Positions 59,312 through 64,000 of a DNA stretch of 64,000 nucleotides are shown piece by piece. The DNA comes from a virus. Its lineage: Duplodnaviria; Caudoviricetes. The stretch covers positions 32,001 to 96,000 of IMG/VR virus record IMGVR_UViG_3300037991_001277; one strand, given 5' to 3'. The first letter of the stretch is position 1. Each line of letters opens with the position of its first letter. The notes under the pieces were generated by a model that was not told the DNA's origin, ran no database searches, and saw nothing but the letters and a program-made list of their open reading frames with translations. The position numbers and the translations under genes are program-made.

Positions 59312-59590
59312 TCATCGACTTTCATTGTAATCCCGCATGAGGTCGTCTATGTCGTGCTGTATTTCTATACACTCCTTACACCACATATCCCCGCTATCAT
59401 TGTGATACAACTGCTCAACTGTTTCTGTGCAGCCACTGCACTCAGGACAGTCAGGACAATTGGAATACTCATCTGTATCGAATAATTCGTCACATAATTT
59501 GCACTGCTCAAAGGGATAATTGTCACAGACATTCTTGATAATGCCCTCCAGCACTGCTATCTTTCGCTCAAGTTTCTTGCTATCGCTCAT
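59312..59590 (-). CDS. multi-CxxC Zn-finger protein
   Basis: CKLC, CPDCPECSGC, CKEC. Confidence 0.6.
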   Translation of the reverse strand: MSDSKKLERKIAVLEGIIKNVCDNYPFEQCKLCDELFDTDEYSNCPDCPECSGCTETVEQLYHNDSGDMWCKECIEIQHDIDDLMRDYNESR

Positions 59591-59624
59591 ACATTCACTC
59601 TCCTAGACGACTATCATCATTCTC

Positions 59625-60278
59625 TCATGCGAGGAATACATCTTCTCCTATGTCTCCGCCCATCATAACATCTAGGAAAGTTGGCTTGTCACCTTCTACT
59701 CCCATGTCCGAAAGCACGCTTGCTATCAAATCATCGAACTGGTTCATTTCCTCTAGCGATAGTGCTAGTGCAGGTGGATGGAGTTCAGCAATATCCCAAC
59801 CGAACTCTTCTGCATGAGCATTAGCATAAGCAACAAACTCAGGTGCAGTCTTATTGTCTGATGTAAGCATAGGTTTCAATCCTCTAATCTTGATTACACT
59901 CTTGGCTGGGTCTGCTGATATACCCATGTCGATACAGTTGATTGCATCAACCGATACACCATACTTCGACGCTAGTGCTTGGTAACATAACTCCCATGCA
60001 ATACCATCAACAAGTGGAGCATTCTGTGCTATGTTTTGATGATATGTAATCCATGTTAAGTGTGTACTCGCTGTGTCCTGTGCTCTGCACGAAGAAGAGG
60101 ATAATGCTTTCCTTCGTGCATGTAAGTAGCCTTCTACTTCTTCAGGTAACACATGTAGTCCTTTCATCATCCCTTCAAAGTGAGAATTGTTCTTGACCAT
60201 AGTATCAATCAAGGAGAGTATTCTCTTCTTCATGTTTGCGTAAATCTTGGGCTGTATGTCCGAAGTCATTATGCTCAC
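59625..60278 (-). CDS. hypothetical protein
   Basis: 217-aa coupled ORF. Confidence 0.6.
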   Translation of the reverse strand: MSIMTSDIQPKIYANMKKRILSLIDTMVKNNSHFEGMMKGLHVLPEEVEGYLHARRKALSSSSCRAQDTASTHLTWITYHQNIAQNAPLVDGIAWELCYQALASKYGVSVDAINCIDMGISADPAKSVIKIRGLKPMLTSDNKTAPEFVAYANAHAEEFGWDIAELHPPALALSLEEMNQFDDLIASVLSDMGVEGDKPTFLDVMMGGDIGEDVFLA

Positions 60279-60682
60279 TCCTCTTCTGTTGAATATACTT
60301 CACCACTCTCAAGTACAAGACCTGAGTTGGTGTTCTTTACGAATGTGATTAGCGTAGCAACTGCTGTTGATTCATCCTTTACATCAAGCATAGCACCCTT
60401 TGGGTGATTCAGTTCTTCACCTTCAATGAGTATCTGCACTGTGCCTTCTTGCTCTACATAGGATATGACTGACATAGGTGCATACAACAAAGAGCCACTT
60501 GCTGGACTTGCCAGTGTAGGTTCTTGTTCGCTTAGCCATTCAGTCAATTCAGGTGGTGCTCGTAGTTCCAATGCAATACCATACTTACGATTCACGGTAG
60601 GTTCACCTACACCCTGAATGTGTATACGGTTAGTATCGAACTGTGTTCTAACTTGTAGTCTTGCTTCTCCATATTCTGCCAT
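60275..60682 (-). CDS. hypothetical protein
   Basis: Start ATG 60682 (MAEYGE), after the promoter motif. Confidence 0.65.
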   Translation of the reverse strand: MAEYGEARLQVRTQFDTNRIHIQGVGEPTVNRKYGIALELRAPPELTEWLSEQEPTLASPASGSLLYAPMSVISYVEQEGTVQILIEGEELNHPKGAMLDVKDESTAVATLITFVKNTNSGLVLESGEVYSTEEE

Positions 60683-60697
60683 GTTATCTGTCTCCAA

Positions 60698-60716
60698 TGT
60701 TCCTTTATATATCAAC
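60698..60716 (-). promoter_or_regulatory. conserved viral promoter motif
   Basis: GTTGATATATAAAGGAACA ~15 nt upstream of ATG 60682. Confidence 0.8.
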
Positions 60717-60718
60717 AA

Positions 60719-61927
60719 TCAAACTGTAAAGTCGTCTCGCCAGTCCTCATCCTCTACAGTCATGCCGTACTTACCCAGCCCCTGTAGGAATGCAGCCTCC
60801 TCCTTACGCCTTTCCATTTCCTTGTCGAGTTTGTTTTTCTTCTTAGCAGGGTAGTTCTTACCTTTGCCCTTACCCTTACCTTTCTTTTTCTTCTTAGCCT
60901 TGAGTCGCTCGTTGCGCTCAGCATCATATGAAATCCATGTCTCTACATTGATGAACTCAGGTAGGTAGAACTTCTTAGACTTCTTACATTGAACCATACC
61001 ATCACGAGTCTTGACCTTAGCCTCCTCAGCAGCACAGACAATACAGTGACCATCGTGGTGCATACCAAAGTGTGATACAGTGTTGTCACACTTAGGACAT
61101 ATATCTACCATGTCATACAGACCATCAGTAGCCAGCATCAGTTCAGGTGCTCCACAGTTGTCACACACTTCAGGTACACCATCTTCTTTGTGAACCCACT
61201 GATGGGTAGTACATACTGCACAAGCATACAGTTCCCATGAAGGTGGGAATCCATCACCCTCATCATCTTCTTCTTCGGGAATCCAATACTCGGACTTTGG
61301 TTTCTTCTGCTTCTTCTTTGGTATGTCCGATTCATCTGAGAATGTAAAGTTACCACGGTTGCTACCAAGTGATGCAAACAGAGACTTACCTTCAGGTATC
61401 TGTAGAACTTCAGCAACATACTTCTGTTGCGACTTGCCTTCGACTGCATGGTGGCAGTACAAGTCACGAACATGCTCGATTAAAGAAGCAGCATCAGGTT
61501 GCTTGAGACAACCAGCATCACCCATGAGGTAACCAAGAATACACAGTTGAACACCAGTACGACCATGACCACCAACGCACTGAGTAGATACAGTCTTGAT
61601 ACCCTGAGCCTTTATGTCAGCAACAAGTGCAAGCCAAAACTCACGGTGAACATCTTGAGGGATAGAGAAGTCAGGCCAGTCGATACTGATAATCTGTGGT
61701 GTGCCACCACCAATGTAACCTTGACATGACCAACCAGTAGGCACAACAGTAGCACGAGAGTTCTCCATTACTTGCGCTGGCCCAATCGCTAGGTCAGGCA
61801 TAGGAGTCATACGATGCCAGCCACCATTACGACTGTGACCACCAGCGTGAATTACTACACCATCAATCTCAAACACAACTGGGTTACCAGTGTGACAACC
61901 TGCTTTACTATTATTCATCCAATTCAT
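60719..61927 (-). CDS. Cys-based (PTP/DSP-like) phosphatase with C-terminal Zn ribbons and Lys-rich tail
   Basis: WPD loop (IDWPDFSIP), CX5R (QCVGGHGRTG), AVE..Q..Y; several CxxC pairs. Confidence 0.85.
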   Translation of the reverse strand: MNWMNNSKAGCHTGNPVVFEIDGVVIHAGGHSRNGGWHRMTPMPDLAIGPAQVMENSRATVVPTGWSCQGYIGGGTPQIISIDWPDFSIPQDVHREFWLALVADIKAQGIKTVSTQCVGGHGRTGVQLCILGYLMGDAGCLKQPDAASLIEHVRDLYCHHAVEGKSQQKYVAEVLQIPEGKSLFASLGSNRGNFTFSDESDIPKKKQKKPKSEYWIPEEEDDEGDGFPPSWELYACAVCTTHQWVHKEDGVPEVCDNCGAPELMLATDGLYDMVDICPKCDNTVSHFGMHHDGHCIVCAAEEAKVKTRDGMVQCKKSKKFYLPEFINVETWISYDAERNERLKAKKKKKGKGKGKGKNYPAKKKNKLDKEMERRKEEAAFLQGLGKYGMTVEDEDWRDDFTV

Positions 61928-64000
61928 TGTTTCACTTCCTTTACTTCATCCTCAGTCATAGCCTTGAGGAAATCCTCTAGCCCATCACCCTGCTTCGCTA
62001 GATACTTGTTCAGTATCAGCATCATTTCAGGAGTGTCAGGGTCAGTAGGGTCAATCGCTTCATACAGAGCATTGAACTCCTTCGCTGTAGGTAGGAACTC
62101 TTTCGCTTTGATGAGAGCAATCTGCTCCTTGATACTGGTACGAGTCTCACCTTGAGAGCCAACCAACCATACATCAACAGGAGGAGGGGCAATCATCAGT
62201 GAAGCACTGTGCTCATCGAACAGTGACTTGAGTTCAGCCAACTGTGTGTGAGCCACTTCGTTAGGATTGTTAGCAGCCCAAGTCAGATGCTTAGAACACT
62301 GCTGGCAAGTAGATACACCACACATAATGAAGTCCTTATTCAATGGGTTGTTGTGGCTACCTTTGTCACCATGTCTCCACCCAACTGGTAGAATCTCCAT
62401 GACATTACGAAGAGCCTCGTGAACATTCTTGCTAGAAGCAATAGGAGTCTTACGCCAGTAGGCTGGAGTTTTCTTCTCAACATAGTCAAGTATTTCTCCC
62501 CAATCGTTCTCAGGTGGAGAAGCACTCTCCCATTGAGTACGCTTCTCTTCAAGGTCAGGGTCAAGGAACTCACGAGCCATCTCAAAGACTGAGGCCATAG
62601 CATTCATGTCTCTTCTTGGATTGAAGCCAGCAGTACCAGCATCGAAAGCATACTTGCTGAGCCACTTGTTGAACAGTGAACCATTGTTGTGTACTGCATT
62701 CTCACCTTTGTTCACAACTACAATGAGTTGTCCAAGAGTGGTGGCATCAGGTTGAGCAGTGAACGCTTGTATAGCATCACATATTTCAGCACCCATCAGC
62801 ATGGAGTCGCCCCACTTCGGGCCACCGTATGAGGATGACCACCCTTTGCGATAGTGCTTGTTCAAGAAGCGAAGCATCTTTGCACAGTCAGCCCAGTCCA
62901 CTTCGATGTGACCTATTGCTGCATAGTAGTGACCACGAGTAGAGTCAAGGTGAGGAGTGTTGTTGATTTTTTTCCATACATCGCTACCAATACAAGCAGT
63001 CATTGTAGCAAACAGTTCTGCATTGGCATTGGTCTTGAGGCTACGAGCGTGTCGCATTTCACCGAGTCCAAGAGCAAGCATGGCTTTAGGTAACCAAGCA
63101 CAGAACATACCAGCAAGGTATGCTACATCAGATGGTTTGCTGTATGGTAGACTGACCCACTGGTGGAAGAAGGTGGAGAACCAGCCCTGTTGCTTTCGCC
63201 AGTACAAGTTACCATCCTTGAGTCCACGAGAGAAGTCATCAAGGTAAGCATGAGGAGCATACGGCTTAGGAGTAAACTTGTGCTCATTGTCTTTGACAAC
63301 CCAGCCAGCAGCAGCCTCAACCCAACGGTCACCCACAGTCACTGAAGGAGTGATAGCATAAGCAACACCAACACCACGGCAGTGAGCATAGATGTGAGAG
63401 AGACGAGAACCAGCAGGTTCGACAACCATGAAACCTTCAGGTAGTTTCTCAGGAGTGATGTTCTCTTCAAGCCAAGCGACTTCTTCAAGACCACTCATTA
63501 CAATGAAGTCCTTCACTATGACTTCACCATCAGCAATCATACCGATAGTATCTACACCTTCAGGTGGAGGGTGAACTGGAGTGTGGGATGGAGCACCACG
63601 AATCTGTGTAAGGCTGTGCTTCATTTCAGGTAGTTCTAGTAATCCTCTATCACGATTCTCATTGACTAGATTGAATACGAACTCCAACTCGTGACGAGTA
63701 GGAGAATAGGACAGCGAGTTCATAATCATGTTATCCTTCGTATAGTCATCAATGCGGAGAGGGAATGCAAGATTGAATCCATGTCCAGCAGTGACACCAT
63801 CGTGACCAACTCCCATGATGTTGTAACCTTGGAACATTACTGGTTTGTCAAGCCCAGTCTCAGGGTCAGCAGTCATAATGGTCTTGCCAGTCTCATCCAC
63901 TTCAGGGTGAGACAATGCCATAACAGAAGATGACGAAGCATCAATGAATGGCATGAGTAGCATACAACCATTAGGGTCAGCATCAGTCATAACTTGAGCA
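61924..64000 (-). CDS. PEP-synthase/PPDK-like dikinase (ATP-grasp part + phospho-His swivel domain + unknown C-terminal domain), 5'-partial
   Basis: ELEFV...LTQIR (cf. DIEWA..lQxRP); GSRLSHIYAHCRGVGV (cf. GGxxSHAAIxARExGIP); frame open to the window edge. Confidence 0.65.
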   Translation of the reverse strand, partial: AQVMTDADPNGCMLLMPFIDASSSSVMALSHPEVDETGKTIMTADPETGLDKPVMFQGYNIMGVGHDGVTAGHGFNLAFPLRIDDYTKDNMIMNSLSYSPTRHELEFVFNLVNENRDRGLLELPEMKHSLTQIRGAPSHTPVHPPPEGVDTIGMIADGEVIVKDFIVMSGLEEVAWLEENITPEKLPEGFMVVEPAGSRLSHIYAHCRGVGVAYAITPSVTVGDRWVEAAAGWVVKDNEHKFTPKPYAPHAYLDDFSRGLKDGNLYWRKQQGWFSTFFHQWVSLPYSKPSDVAYLAGMFCAWLPKAMLALGLGEMRHARSLKTNANAELFATMTACIGSDVWKKINNTPHLDSTRGHYYAAIGHIEVDWADCAKMLRFLNKHYRKGWSSSYGGPKWGDSMLMGAEICDAIQAFTAQPDATTLGQLIVVVNKGENAVHNNGSLFNKWLSKYAFDAGTAGFNPRRDMNAMASVFEMAREFLDPDLEEKRTQWESASPPENDWGEILDYVEKKTPAYWRKTPIASSKNVHEALRNVMEILPVGWRHGDKGSHNNPLNKDFIMCGVSTCQQCSKHLTWAANNPNEVAHTQLAELKSLFDEHSASLMIAPPPVDVWLVGSQGETRTSIKEQIALIKAKEFLPTAKEFNALYEAIDPTDPDTPEMMLILNKYLAKQGDGLEDFLKAMTEDEVKEVKQ

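Noticed and set aside
49886-60718. Shared N-terminal peptide MIYK(G/A)T in ORF-track entries ending 49918, 53346 and 60718
   Set aside because: It is a translation of the promoter motif from a spurious TTG; the real starts are the downstream ATGs.
60835-60900. CCTTTG/CCCTTA hexamer-like repeats
   Set aside because: Encode the KGKGKG Lys-rich tail of the phosphatase.

Overview
A ~64 kb piece of an archaeal tailed dsDNA virus (Caudoviricetes) genome. Its gene content (HK97-type head module, group II chaperonin, PolB, PCNA-like clamp, RFC, AEP primase fused to a PriL Fe-S domain, ERCC4 nuclease, GGTGA/GGAGG ribosome-binding sites) best matches magroviruses of Marine Group II Euryarchaeota (Poseidoniales). 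That assignment is inferred from gene content, not from a database search. There are two convergent arms. The + strand (1-35153) holds a virion operon: protease/scaffold, capsid, adaptor, tail tube, chaperones, tape measure, a 6068-aa giant protein and a fibre. The - strand (35159-64000) holds chaperonin, replication/recombination and accessory genes. Most notable: (1) an unannotated 45-aa tandem PIP-box microprotein in frame behind polB; (2) a PEP-synthase-like phospho-His dikinase with an unknown acceptor domain, coupled to a CX5R phosphatase; (3) a 19-bp promoter-like motif present 7 times, plus TFS-like, TFB-like and PC4-like genes; (4) a ~150-nt rod-like structured element before the clamp gene; (5) a ligase-like protein lacking the catalytic lysine; (6) apparent avoidance of GATC, CCWGG, GGWCC and AGCT. 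All functional calls come from motif recognition by eye.
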